This document shows, piece after piece, positions 53,058-62,851 of a stretch of 64,000 nucleotides of DNA. The DNA is taken from the NCBI GenBank assembly GCA_963666365.2, contig CAXXNF010000002.1:1376001-1440000 (forward strand), in the 5' to 3' direction. The stretch's first letter is position 1; the number at the start of each line of letters is the position of its first letter. The stretch comes from Syntrophales bacterium. GTDB taxonomy: Bacteria > Desulfobacterota > Syntrophia > Syntrophales > UBA2210. Under the pieces are notes generated by a model. The model saw only the letters and a list, made by a program, of their open reading frames with translations. It searched no databases and was not told where the DNA came from. A program made the position numbers and the translations under genes.

Positions 53058-55145
53058 CTAAAAGTTTTCAAAACTGCCCTCATGCAATGGAATTACCTTT
53101 TCGGGATCGATTTTACCCATGCGTGCATCCATTATTTTTCCATTTCCCCTGCCGTTTCCGCGACGGCTTGCGACGCCGGGTGCGGGAATTGCTTCATTCA
53201 GCCCGCCGCCGTTTTGGCCTGCATGCTGTTCAGAGTAAATGGCATGCTGTTTCTGAAGCTTCTCTTTGCCGGCGCCGCCGACCATGGCGATCATCGCACG
53301 AACGATGTCCTGCATACCCATAGCCTGTGCACTCATTTCTTCCGAAGCCGCGGCACTTTCCTCGGCATTCGCCGCGTTCTGCTGGGTTACCTTGTCCATT
53401 TCCGCCACGGCGCGGTTGATCTGTTCGATTCCCTGCGACTGCTCCTGCGACGCCGCGGCAATCTCGCCGATCAGATCACGGATCTTGCCCGCGATCTCTG
53501 CATTCTTCTCGAAGGCCTCGTTCGTTTCACCGTTGAGCTTTGCCCCTTCCTGAACCGACTTTACCGTGTTGCCGATCAGATCATTCGTGTTTTTCGCCGC
53601 CTCGGCCGACCGAATGGCCAGATTCCGCACCTCTTCAGCCACTACGGCAAACCCGGCGCCCGCTTCTCCCGCCCTGGCCGCCTCTACGGCCGCATTGAGC
53701 GCAAGGAGGTTGGTCTGGAAGGCAATCTCGTCGATGGTCTTGATAATCTTCTGGGTCTCACCGGAATTACGATCGATCTCGGTGATGGCCACGGTCATCT
53801 GCTCCAGCTTTCCGCTCACCTCCGTCACGATATCGGCGGCCTGCTGCATCAACCCGTTGGCCTGCTGGGCGTTGTCGGCATTCTGTTTCGTCATCGAGGC
53901 AAGCTCTTCCAGGGACGATGAGGTCTCCTCGATCGACGAGGCCTGTTCCCCGGCGCCTTCGGCCAGCTGCTGACTTGAGTTCGACACCTGACCGGATGCG
54001 CCGGTCACCTCGTCCGCGGTGACGCTCAATGATTCAATAATTCGGTAAATAGGCCTGGTCAGTGAGTTGGACACCAGCATTGCGATAGGGATGACCACCA
54101 GCACGCAAATTAAGCAGACCAGCGCCAGTATCTTGATCACTTGCCATGTATTTGCCCACGCCACCGCTTCAGAGTACAAAGCCGAAATTTGACCGATCTC
54201 TGTCGATCCGTCATAGAGGGGAAGCACAGCCTGAAAATAGCCGCCGCTTTTTAATCCTATGCGATTCAACGTATACTGATTTGCTTTCGCTCCGCCCCCC
54301 TCCTGTGCGGCAACGGCGGTTCCTTTCTGAAGATTGATCGACTGGTACTCTCCAACGGTACCCGTGCTCAGGCCGTCTTTGGAAAAGATATTTATTCCTG
54401 TTCCCGTAAGCCCCGCCATCTTTTGCGCAAAGGCCTCGTCGAGTTTGCGAATTGCGACCACCACACCGAATTGCTTTTTTTCAAGTTCACTGGTCTGCTT
54501 GTTGTAGTCGTCCGCCATAATCGGGGCATATGCCGTGACACAGAGAGCATCGCCGTAACGCTTGAAGATCACGTCAGCTTTCCCGGGAAGAGCCTGCGGA
54601 AACTGCACCGCCAGCCCGATGTCGCCGACACCCTTTGACTGCTGCCATTTGACCTCCGTCGCCTGCACTCCCTTTTCCGATTGCATGCTGTAGACGGAAT
54701 CCTTCGTACAATATCCCCGTGTGTAGACGCCCTTCTCCCCTTCAGCGACAAAGGCGACCAACGTGCCTTCCATGCTGTAGATAGCCATTTTCCAGAGGTC
54801 GCTGGTTACGCCGACCTGATAGAGAGAGGCCACCATCTGCTCATAGGTACTGCCCAGCATGCTGTCCGAACCGGAAGCGTCATCCTTCATCTCATACACG
54901 AATTTGAGCGAAGACCCCATGTCATTCATCGTCGATGCCTGCGACGCGTCGGCAGCAAGTTTACCCTTTTTTTCCCCAAGATCGCTGGCAACCACGTTGA
55001 GTGATTTTGTCACTAGATCAAAAGACTGCGCGCCATTCTGACGGTTGATCAGATACGAGACTACCAGGGTGGTCGCCACCATCACAACGATTACAAGTGT
55101 GAGGGATCCCAGTATCAGTTTATTCTTGAGTGTCATTTTTTTCAT
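53058..55145 (-). CDS. Methyl-accepting chemotaxis protein with large periplasmic (Cache-like) domain
   Basis: Two TMs; [38 protein letters not shown]-terminal SFENF pentapeptide. Confidence 0.96.
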   Translation of the reverse strand: MKKMTLKNKLILGSLTLVIVVMVATTLVVSYLINRQNGAQSFDLVTKSLNVVASDLGEKKGKLAADASQASTMNDMGSSLKFVYEMKDDASGSDSMLGSTYEQMVASLYQVGVTSDLWKMAIYSMEGTLVAFVAEGEKGVYTRGYCTKDSVYSMQSEKGVQATEVKWQQSKGVGDIGLAVQFPQALPGKADVIFKRYGDALCVTAYAPIMADDYNKQTSELEKKQFGVVVAIRKLDEAFAQKMAGLTGTGINIFSKDGLSTGTVGEYQSINLQKGTAVAAQEGGGAKANQYTLNRIGLKSGGYFQAVLPLYDGSTEIGQISALYSEAVAWANTWQVIKILALVCLICVLVVIPIAMLVSNSLTRPIYRIIESLSVTADEVTGASGQVSNSSQQLAEGAGEQASSIEETSSSLEELASMTKQNADNAQQANGLMQQAADIVTEVSGKLEQMTVAITEIDRNSGETQKIIKTIDEIAFQTNLLALNAAVEAARAGEAGAGFAVVAEEVRNLAIRSAEAAKNTNDLIGNTVKSVQEGAKLNGETNEAFEKNAEIAGKIRDLIGEIAAASQEQSQGIEQINRAVAEMDKVTQQNAANAEESAAASEEMSAQAMGMQDIVRAMIAMVGGAGKEKLQKQHAIYSEQHAGQNGGGLNEAIPAPGVASRRGNGRGNGKIMDARMGKIDPEKVIPLHEGSFENF

Positions 55146-55171
55146 GCCGCTGCTATCCTTTCTTTTCTCAT

Positions 55172-55690
55172 CTACTGCATTACGGAGCTTATGGCCGCCA
55201 CTTCCTCTGCGCCGAGCACCTTGTCAATATCAAGAAGGATTTTGACATCCCCTTTTACCTTTGCCATGCCGAGGATGAAGCCCGTGTTGAGATCCACACT
55301 GAAGGTAGGGGTATCCTCGATGTCTTCCTGACGGATGTTAAGCACTTCTGAAACGGAATCGACCACAATCCCCATGACAATGCTTCGTCCGTAATGATCG
55401 GCGATATCGATCACGATAATACAGGTGCGCTCGTCATAGTCATGGGTGTCCATACCGAATTTAAGCCGCAGATCGATAACCGGGATCACCTTTCCCCTCA
55501 GATTGATTACGCCCTTTACATAGTGAGGGGTTTGCGGTACCGAGGTGATGTTCATAATGCCGATGATTTCCTTCACCTTGAGAATCTCCACCCCGTATTC
55601 TTCACCACCCAGTTCAAAGGTGAGAAACTTCCCTTCCTTTACTCCTTTGCGTTTCACTTCTTCTTTCTGGTCCGTCATATTGGTCTGCAT
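55172..55690 (-). CDS. cheW: Chemotaxis coupling protein CheW
   Basis: [39 protein letters not shown]; start re-assigned to MQTNM behind GGAGG. Confidence 0.96.
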   Translation of the reverse strand: MQTNMTDQKEEVKRKGVKEGKFLTFELGGEEYGVEILKVKEIIGIMNITSVPQTPHYVKGVINLRGKVIPVIDLRLKFGMDTHDYDERTCIIVIDIADHYGRSIVMGIVVDSVSEVLNIRQEDIEDTPTFSVDLNTGFILGMAKVKGDVKILLDIDKVLGAEEVAAISSVMQ

Positions 55691-55839
55691 GTCCTTTTCC
55701 TCCTTCAATATTACTTCTTGTCGTGTATCGGGGAGCTGCGCATTGTACTTACTTCCCACTTATTCAACCGCCTCTCTTCAATAAAAAGGCGCCGCTTCTG
55801 TTTTCACCGGCATCGGCGAACAGACATCCCATTCATGCA

Positions 55840-56469
55840 TTAGAGGGCAAGCGCTTTTTTTATGACCCCGGAAAAAACTTTAAAATCTATAGGTTTTACC
55901 ATAAATTCCACTGGGTTTATTCGCCGGATCCTTTCAGCACTGCCATTGCCCGGATAGCCGGAAAGAAAGACTATTTTCACATCTTCAAAGATGAGACGAA
56001 CTTTCTCGGCCAGTTCTATCCCATCGAGATGATCCATAATTACATCGAGCACCAGTAAATCCGGCTTCCTCCCGCCGATGACCAGCGCCGCTTCCACACT
56101 GTCGGAAAATGTCATGAGCCTGCAGTGCTTCGCCAGATCGCCCTGGGCAAATAATTCCCGGATACAGTCAAGAATTGCCTCATCGTCATCAACGGCAACG
56201 ACCAGTTTTTTCCCGGTTTTATCCTCTTCCGAAGATCGGACCGATGCATCGAAACAATTGTTCTCCTCACCTCCGCAGAGCTCGTCGAGCACGTCGCCCG
56301 AAAGTCCGAAATCATGAAGCAGGCGCCCCACTTCAGAGGTACGAATTTTTATGTGTTTTCCTATGCCGTATGCGCTGATTTTGCCGTCTTTCACCCATCG
56401 ATACACCGTTACTCGATTGACTTTCAGAAGATCGGCAACCTCGGTTGTGGAATAAAATGTTTTGGCCAC
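55840..56469 (-). CDS. Excisionase-type HTH (HTH_17) fused to a receiver domain
   Basis: FYSTTEVADLLKVNRVTVYRWVKDGKI; C-terminal VDDD, LVLDVIM, LSG, KP. Confidence 0.88.
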   Translation of the reverse strand: MAKTFYSTTEVADLLKVNRVTVYRWVKDGKISAYGIGKHIKIRTSEVGRLLHDFGLSGDVLDELCGGEENNCFDASVRSSEEDKTGKKLVVAVDDDEAILDCIRELFAQGDLAKHCRLMTFSDSVEAALVIGGRKPDLLVLDVIMDHLDGIELAEKVRLIFEDVKIVFLSGYPGNGSAERIRRINPVEFMVKPIDFKVFSGVIKKALAL

Positions 56470-56545
56470 TCCCGTACTCCCTCAACAACATTTGAACCGT
56501 TTGAACGTCCTGCAACGATTTAATCCTATGCAACCTGTGAACCTA

Positions 56546-56572
56546 TGATCGGAATCGACGAAAAAAACTTGA
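56546..56572 (-). promoter_or_regulatory. Putative sigma-28 promoter of the che operon
   Basis: Minus strand TCAA-N15-TCCGATCA (TCAAGTTT -35). Confidence 0.6.
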
Positions 56573-56654
56573 GTCTTTTTTATCAGACCTTAAAAAATCC
56601 CTGCACTCATCGAGCCTGGAGAAACAGAGCCGCCCCCTTCAAAAACGGTTCCTC

Positions 56655-56670
56655 TGGTACGGGATTTGCT
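56655..56670 (+). promoter_or_regulatory. Putative sigma-54 promoter of the Gfo-like/acyltransferase pair
   Basis: TGGTACGGGATTTGCT with exact GG-N10-GC spacing. Confidence 0.7.
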
Positions 56671-56747
56671 CAGATGATTGTGTCCGGGTTTTTGCAGGGG
56701 ATGGAAGGATTGTCTTTTATCATCATTGAAGTGCAAAGGAGTGGCCC

Positions 56748-57659
56748 ATGAAAAAAGTAGCCGTTATGGGATCTCATGACGAAAGAACCTCTTCGCTTAT
56801 TCGAATTTTCCGCTCCCGGCATATGCTCGCCGCAGTCTGCCGTAAGAATCCTTCTGAAGCCGGAGACGGAATCGATCTTCACAATGTCGCCGAAAGCGCC
56901 CTTCAGGATGTCCTGCAAGATCCCGAGATCGATGCGCTGGTTGCCTCGGCGACGAGCGATACCGGGATCGAACTGGCACTACGCTGTCTCACTGAGGGCA
57001 AACACCTGATGATGGACCGCGCCTTCGCGCCGGACGGCGAGGGCATCAGGGAGATTGAAGGGCTTGCATCCACCCATCGTCTGGTCTTGATGGCAGGTTC
57101 GCCGCGTCTGTTCCATCCCTCGATCTCGCGGATCAAAACTCTTATCGACTCGAAGGAATTGGGAACCGTCACAGGGATGTCTTCGATCCATCTCAGCCGC
57201 AGGCACAGGACAGACACCCTTCTGAGACGCGCTGAGGAGGAAGTGGAAATCGCGACGCATCTGATGGGTTCGAACCCACTGTCACTCTTGACGCACATAC
57301 AGGAAGCCCCTTCATGCGATGAAACCGCAATAGTGGAAACAAGGGCGCTCTTCAAGTCCGGCCTGGTGCATAAATGCATTGTCTCAGGAACCCTCAATTC
57401 CGACGAGGGGTATCGCCTTATTGTCACAGGCGACAAAAAAATGGCGGTCCTCGACTGGCAGGCACAGAGAGAACGTCTCGTAATCGGCCAAGCGCTGCGG
57501 GAAAGCGCCGCACTGGAACAGACCCCCTGGACGCCGGTGGACGACGCCTTGATGCTCGAATCCATGTGCCGGTTCTTTATTGATCAGATGGAAAAGGCTG
57601 CCATATCCGATTACCGCACTATTTCCCCTGTTTCCGCACTGAAGGCGGCGTCGGCGTAA
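56748..57659 (+). CDS. Gfo/Idh/MocA-family protein with degenerate NAD-binding and EKP motifs
   Basis: KKVAVMG, VLQDPEIDALV, LTEGKHLMMDRA, LVLMAG-LFHP-IK-LI-ELG, VTGDKKMAVLD; RBS AAGGAG. Confidence 0.72.
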   Translation: MKKVAVMGSHDERTSSLIRIFRSRHMLAAVCRKNPSEAGDGIDLHNVAESALQDVLQDPEIDALVASATSDTGIELALRCLTEGKHLMMDRAFAPDGEGIREIEGLASTHRLVLMAGSPRLFHPSISRIKTLIDSKELGTVTGMSSIHLSRRHRTDTLLRRAEEEVEIATHLMGSNPLSLLTHIQEAPSCDETAIVETRALFKSGLVHKCIVSGTLNSDEGYRLIVTGDKKMAVLDWQAQRERLVIGQALRESAALEQTPWTPVDDALMLESMCRFFIDQMEKAAISDYRTISPVSALKAASA

Positions 57660-57660
57660 G

Positions 57661-58701
57661 ATGAAAATGAAAAACACCACAGCGACGCCATCCCACCACG
57701 GGACAGTCCGGAATCTCCCGGAACCTATGAAAAGAGTTGATGTACGCACTTTTAAAGACTGCAGTTTCGGACGCAACATATGCATACGGGCCTGTCGCAT
57801 CTCCCTCTGTGCGGGTGTTCGTATCGGCGACAATGTGACGATAGAGGCGGAAGAAATACGGATCGGCCATGATGTAGTCATAGAGAAGGATACCGTTATC
57901 AGAGGCATAGCGTCCCCCATGTCCTGCTTGCGGCTCGGCGATAACGCCTTTATCGGCTTCGCCAACCAGATACTGGTTCCCTCTTTTACAATGCTCGATT
58001 TTTCTCAACTTCACAACAGCGGGCTTCACAGCGGGTATAAACGGCTTTTTATCGGTCACAATTGCTGGATAGGCCAGCAGACGATTCTCAACGCCACGGA
58101 AGAGTTGACCATTGGAAACAACGTCCGCATCGGCACACAATCTCAATTGTGGACCCATGTGGCAAGCGGCGAGTTACTGGAAGGATGCACTCTCTTCGGC
58201 AGCAAACCTCTTGTGATAGAGGATAACGTCTGGATCGTGGGCGGCGCGGTAATATCGCCTGGACTTACCCTCGGGAGAAATTCCATCATCATGACAGGCG
58301 CCGTGGTGACGCGCGATACGGGGCCCTATCACACCTACGCGGGCATCCCCGCCGTAAATGTCACCGAGAAACTCAATTTCTGGAGAAAAATATCGCTGGA
58401 GGAAAAATTTTCCCTACTGAAAGGAATGGCCGATGAATTCATCGCGCACTACCCTCAGTATCGCCATCTCGTGCATGTCGTTGAAACTTCCCCCGATGCA
58501 GCCCGGGGTGATTACCGTGAAGGAAGCATTGTTCTGGCAAAGGACGTTGAAGACCTGTCGATATGTGAAGGACGCCCTTTCTCCGTCTTTGATTTGCGTT
58601 CGAAACGATATACAAAAAAACGGTCTCCCGTCGAGATTGACTGGATAAAGTTTACCGTCGGATACCGGGCGCGCTTCATCCCCTACGAAGCCCCGTCATA
58701 G
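57661..58701 (+). CDS. Hexapeptide-repeat (LbH) acyltransferase with C-terminal extension
   Basis: IGDNVTI, IGHNCWIG, IGNNVRIG-WTH, IEDNVWI, GAVVTRD-YAGIPA. Confidence 0.85.
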   Translation: MKMKNTTATPSHHGTVRNLPEPMKRVDVRTFKDCSFGRNICIRACRISLCAGVRIGDNVTIEAEEIRIGHDVVIEKDTVIRGIASPMSCLRLGDNAFIGFANQILVPSFTMLDFSQLHNSGLHSGYKRLFIGHNCWIGQQTILNATEELTIGNNVRIGTQSQLWTHVASGELLEGCTLFGSKPLVIEDNVWIVGGAVISPGLTLGRNSIIMTGAVVTRDTGPYHTYAGIPAVNVTEKLNFWRKISLEEKFSLLKGMADEFIAHYPQYRHLVHVVETSPDAARGDYREGSIVLAKDVEDLSICEGRPFSVFDLRSKRYTKKRSPVEIDWIKFTVGYRARFIPYEAPS

Positions 58702-59952
58702 GGCGCCGCACTCACTGCCCGCACGATTCAGCAGTGTGACGACCCGTTCCTGTACAGTGGCTTCCATGCCGCAATAGAGCGGAAGAGTGATGGAAAGTCT
58801 ATCGGCGATATAGGAAAAGGGATAATCGTAATCGGCAAGACCATATTTTTTTTTGTAATAGTCCAGCGTATGGACGGCGTGGGTACCCTGCCGCACCGCA
58901 ATGCCCTCTCCTTCGAGATAGGCCATGAGACGATTCCGCGCGCTGTTCCACCGTGCAACCGAGGACCGGTCGAGTGTCCGTCCGTCCTTCGACGTCAAGT
59001 CCTGTCCCTGATAGAGGCACACATAGGACTGATAGGCATGGGTGCAGCCCACAGGCACGAAAGGAGGCGTTATAGACTCGCTGGAAACGAGCAGCTCATT
59101 ATACCGGCGGGCGGCCCTCCGACGGGCCCCTAAAATTGTCTTTGCTTTTTTCATCTGCGTGACGCCAAGGGCCCCCTGAAGATCGGTCATCCGGTAGTTG
59201 TACCCGAGCATGGCAAACTCGGGGAGGAGCGAACCGCCCTGCGCCAGGTGCCGGGCCAGGTCGGTCTTCGAAGCGCCATGGTCTCTCAGTGTTCGCACAC
59301 GATCGGCAATCGCGTCATTATCGGTCACGACCATGCCCCCCTCGCCGGTGGTGATTGATTTGCGGGGATGAAAACTGAAACAGCCGGCCAGCGCCCCGGC
59401 GCCGGCAAAGCGACCGTTTCTTTTCGCGCCGAAGCCGCAGGCGGCATCTTCAATGACGGACAGATCATAGCGGTCGGCAATATCGTGAATGGCGTCCATA
59501 TCGGCGCAAAGGCCGAAGAGGGACACGGGAATAATCGCTCTGGGGCGAAGCGTCGCCGATTTCTTTCTCAGACATTCTTCTATCCTGAAGGGATCGATGG
59601 TATAGGTGGCGGGATCGATATCGATGAACAGGGGGACAGCGCCGGTATATTCAACGGCATTGGCCGTTGCGATGAAGGTAAAGGAGGGAAGCAGCACCCC
59701 GTCTCCCGGCCCCACACCGGCCGCCAGCAGCGCCAGATGAAGGGCCGTCGTACAGGAACTCGTGGCGACGGCGTGGCGTACACCGATAAATGTCTTGAAT
59801 ACTTCTTCAAATTCGGCTACGCGAGGTCCCTGGACCAGCCAGCCCGATCTCAGGACATTTACCACCGCCGCTTCTTCCTCTTGATCAAATACCGGCTTTG
59901 TGATGGGAATCCGTCCTGCAGGCGCGTCCTCAGTCTTGAAAATCGTTTTCAT
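58696..59952 (-). CDS. DegT/DnrJ/EryC1/StrS PLP-dependent sugar aminotransferase
   Basis: SGWLVQGP, SSCTTALH, FTFIATAN, IEDAAC, FSFHPRKSITTGEGG, GYNYRMTD; start re-assigned to MKTIFK. Confidence 0.95.
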   Translation of the reverse strand: MKTIFKTEDAPAGRIPITKPVFDQEEEAAVVNVLRSGWLVQGPRVAEFEEVFKTFIGVRHAVATSSCTTALHLALLAAGVGPGDGVLLPSFTFIATANAVEYTGAVPLFIDIDPATYTIDPFRIEECLRKKSATLRPRAIIPVSLFGLCADMDAIHDIADRYDLSVIEDAACGFGAKRNGRFAGAGALAGCFSFHPRKSITTGEGGMVVTDNDAIADRVRTLRDHGASKTDLARHLAQGGSLLPEFAMLGYNYRMTDLQGALGVTQMKKAKTILGARRRAARRYNELLVSSESITPPFVPVGCTHAYQSYVCLYQGQDLTSKDGRTLDRSSVARWNSARNRLMAYLEGEGIAVRQGTHAVHTLDYYKKKYGLADYDYPFSYIADRLSITLPLYCGMEATVQERVVTLLNRAGSECGAL

Positions 59953-60913
59953 AGAGCGCTCCAATAAATTGATCTTTTCGCCAATAGGCCTCCCAATGAT
60001 CGCACCCCCTGCAGAGATCCTCCATCTCCCCCATCCCCATCTGCGCCCTCCGTTGAAGCTCGTATGTTTCGCTCCGCCAGATCTCCTGAATCGAACGGTC
60101 GTGCACACTCCCCAGCGGCGCCGTTCTATTCCAGTCGTGGTTGCAGAGGGCGACTTCGCCATTCCAGTACACCACCAGTTCATTGAAGGGCTTCAGACAG
60201 GGTTTTCTCGACTTGGATGGCCCTTCTTCTCCCGCATCCTCAAGTGAACCGAAATGCCCGTCCCGGGAGTGCTCCCTGTATACCCGAACACGATCGACCT
60301 TTCCCGACCAGAAGCGGATGAACTCTTCCACGCCTTCCGCGGTATCGTCCGTTTCCACTACCGATACCTGTATCTGCGGTTTTTTCGCGTTCCTCTCCTG
60401 CTTCATCGTGCAGAGATATTCGACATTCCTCAGAACATCTCCAAGATCGGCGTTCCTGCGCACACTCCCGTATATGTCGGGATCGACGGAATCAATACTG
60501 AAGGACACAAAATCAACTTCCAGATTGACAAAGGCATCGGCGATGACAGGATCCATCATTGTGGCATTGGTGGCGAGCTGCACCGACCCGACGCGGGGGG
60601 TTGCATAGGCAAGCATTGTAAGAAACTCGGGATGCAGCAATGCCTCACCCCGGAAAAAAGGCACCAGCACGGTACCGGGATGCGCTGCCATCTCATCGAT
60701 GATTCGGGTAAAAAGGGGAACCGCCATAAATCCTTTGGGACCTGACATGTAGCGTCTCGGACACATGCTGCAGTTCAGGTTGCAGTGGTTGGTCAGCTCC
60801 ACAGTGACACGGCGAGGAAACGCGGGAACTGTTGGAACATAAGGAAAATCTTCCGGAGCATGCAGCCCCGATTGAGATAGAGGAGTTGATCCGTTATACA
60901 TGCCGTTCACCAT
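59930..60913 (-). CDS. Radical SAM protein with C-terminal SPASM/twitch domain (BtrN-like cysteine layout)
   Basis: ELTNHCNLNCSMCP (Cx3Cx2C), GEALLHP, ATNA; auxiliary Cys in PCLKP, ALCNHD, CRGC. Confidence 0.9.
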   Translation of the reverse strand: MVNGMYNGSTPLSQSGLHAPEDFPYVPTVPAFPRRVTVELTNHCNLNCSMCPRRYMSGPKGFMAVPLFTRIIDEMAAHPGTVLVPFFRGEALLHPEFLTMLAYATPRVGSVQLATNATMMDPVIADAFVNLEVDFVSFSIDSVDPDIYGSVRRNADLGDVLRNVEYLCTMKQERNAKKPQIQVSVVETDDTAEGVEEFIRFWSGKVDRVRVYREHSRDGHFGSLEDAGEEGPSKSRKPCLKPFNELVVYWNGEVALCNHDWNRTAPLGSVHDRSIQEIWRSETYELQRRAQMGMGEMEDLCRGCDHWEAYWRKDQFIGALYENDFQD

Positions 60914-62840
60914 CGATGAAGATTCTGTTCCACCACTCGAAGGAGAGAAGCGACCAGATCAGCAGGCGATGATTGGCCTTTCCCCGCGTATGCTGGTCAA
61001 GAACAGTCTCAAGAAAATTTTTTCTGAAATATCCCCGGTCAAGCGCCCTGTCCGAAAGGATAATCGACCGGATGTAGTCAACGAGCTGCTGCATATACCA
61101 TGACTGATCGGGAGCACTGAATCCCTGCTTGCGGTTTTTTATGATCTCATCGGGAAGCACGCCTTCCATGGATCGGCGGAGCACATACTTGCCTGACAGA
61201 TTGATATCGTCGCCGGCGCCGGAAATCCAGGATCTGTCGATGAGATATTTCACCGGGATCTTTGAAGTGAAATCCACCAGTTCATTGTCAAGAAAGGGCA
61301 CCCTCGATTCCAGGGAATGGGCCATGCTCAGCTTGTCTTCAATGACCAGAATGCCGTGAAGAAAGGTCTTGGCATCGAAGTACAGCGCCTTTTTCAGGAA
61401 GTTGTTGTTTCCGTCGCGCTGAATGACCCGCTGCAGCGACTGGAACGAGGAATAGTCCCCCAACTCTCCGTGCACATCGGCGCTGAAAAAATCCCTCTTA
61501 TCCTCATCGGCAACAAGACGGGACCAATACCGGTACGATATTTTTTCAAACTCGTCGCAGCTCCGGCACTCTTCGATCATACGGTACCGCCAGGGATAGC
61601 CTCCCAGGGTTTCATCGCCGCCAGGTCCCGCCAGCACCACCTTGACGAACTTGCTTGCAAGCTGCGACAGGTAGTAGTGGGGGTAGGACATGCCGACCCG
61701 AAGGTCTTCCATGTGCCATATGACCCGGGGCATCGCCCACTGGAGGTCTCCCGCATGAATGACCATCTGGTAGTGTTCCGTCCCGAAGTGACTGGAAAGG
61801 AGCTCCGCTTTGTCCCGTTCATCAAAGAAGTTTTCCAGGCTCACCGCCGTGGCCACATCGAAGCCGCCCGTGAAGGTCATGAGGCGGGGGATGAACTTCG
61901 AGGCAAAGGCGGCAATGGTGCTGGAATCGAGACCACCCGAAAGGTAGCTGCCCACGGGGACATCCGACACGAGCTGCCGTTCCACGGTCCGTTCCAGCAG
62001 CTCCCTGAGCGTATGCACGTAATGGGCTTCGCCCCTGTCCTCTGAATCCTCAAAGGAAAAATCCCAATACTGTTCCTTTCTGACAGTACTGCCCTCTACC
62101 ACGATATAATACCCGGGCTCCAGCATGGCGATGTCTTTAAAGAGGGTCCGATCCCCGAAGGTGTTTTGAAAAGTGAAATAATCGCACAGGGCATGCAGAT
62201 CCAGCGATGCATTGATCCCTTCGACCTGCAGCAATGCCTTCACTTCCGAAGCAAATGCAAGGACTTCGTTTCGAACGGTATAATAAAGGGGCTTTGCCCC
62301 ATAACGGTCACGTCCAAGAATCAGCTTGTTTTTTTTCCCGTCCCAGAGGGCAAAGGCAAAAATACCGTTCAGGCGTTCCACCGCCTTTTCACCATACTCT
62401 TCATAGAGGTGAATAATGACTTCCGTATCGGACTGCGAAAAGAAATAGTGTCCCTTCTCCTGCAATTCGCGGCGAAGTTCCCTGAAATTGTAAATCTCCC
62501 CGTTGTAGGTAATCCACCGTCCGTTGGTCCGGTTCGACATGGGCTGGTGGGCGTAGGAGGTGAGGTCGATGACGGATAGACGGCGATGCCCCAGGGCAAG
62601 ATTGAAATGGCCGTTCCCGTTAAAATGCTCGCGCCAGGCTGCCCGGTCGGGGATGTCGTGCATGTCCTTCCCCCTCTCCACCCAGTATCCTTCATCCTCA
62701 TAGGGCGCATTCCGCACATGAAAGTAGACATACCCTTCATCATCGGGTCCCCTGTGCCCCATGACATCGCACATTTTTTTCAGGCAATGGGCGGGGACCT
62801 CTCTGCGCATCATGTGATATAAGCCTGCGATTCCGCACAT
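60894..62840 (-). CDS. asnB: Asparagine synthase-like glutamine amidotransferase (glycan-associated)
   Basis: MCGIAG, HRGPD, HRRLSVID, YNGEIYN, SDTEV, LSGGLDSS, SLESRVPFLD. Confidence 0.92.
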   Translation of the reverse strand: MCGIAGLYHMMRREVPAHCLKKMCDVMGHRGPDDEGYVYFHVRNAPYEDEGYWVERGKDMHDIPDRAAWREHFNGNGHFNLALGHRRLSVIDLTSYAHQPMSNRTNGRWITYNGEIYNFRELRRELQEKGHYFFSQSDTEVIIHLYEEYGEKAVERLNGIFAFALWDGKKNKLILGRDRYGAKPLYYTVRNEVLAFASEVKALLQVEGINASLDLHALCDYFTFQNTFGDRTLFKDIAMLEPGYYIVVEGSTVRKEQYWDFSFEDSEDRGEAHYVHTLRELLERTVERQLVSDVPVGSYLSGGLDSSTIAAFASKFIPRLMTFTGGFDVATAVSLENFFDERDKAELLSSHFGTEHYQMVIHAGDLQWAMPRVIWHMEDLRVGMSYPHYYLSQLASKFVKVVLAGPGGDETLGGYPWRYRMIEECRSCDEFEKISYRYWSRLVADEDKRDFFSADVHGELGDYSSFQSLQRVIQRDGNNNFLKKALYFDAKTFLHGILVIEDKLSMAHSLESRVPFLDNELVDFTSKIPVKYLIDRSWISGAGDDINLSGKYVLRRSMEGVLPDEIIKNRKQGFSAPDQSWYMQQLVDYIRSIILSDRALDRGYFRKNFLETVLDQHTRGKANHRLLIWSLLSFEWWNRIFIDGERHV

Positions 62841-62851
62841 CTAAAGATTCC

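Noticed and set aside
55691..55839. c-di-GMP riboswitch or sigma-28 promoter upstream of cheW
   Set aside because: No GEMM-type GCAAA/GAAA/GCAAAG elements, and the GCCGAT has no properly spaced -35
55840..56469. Excisionase-like HTH as evidence of a prophage or ICE
   Set aside because: It is fused to a receiver domain and heads the che operon; no integrase or att site seen
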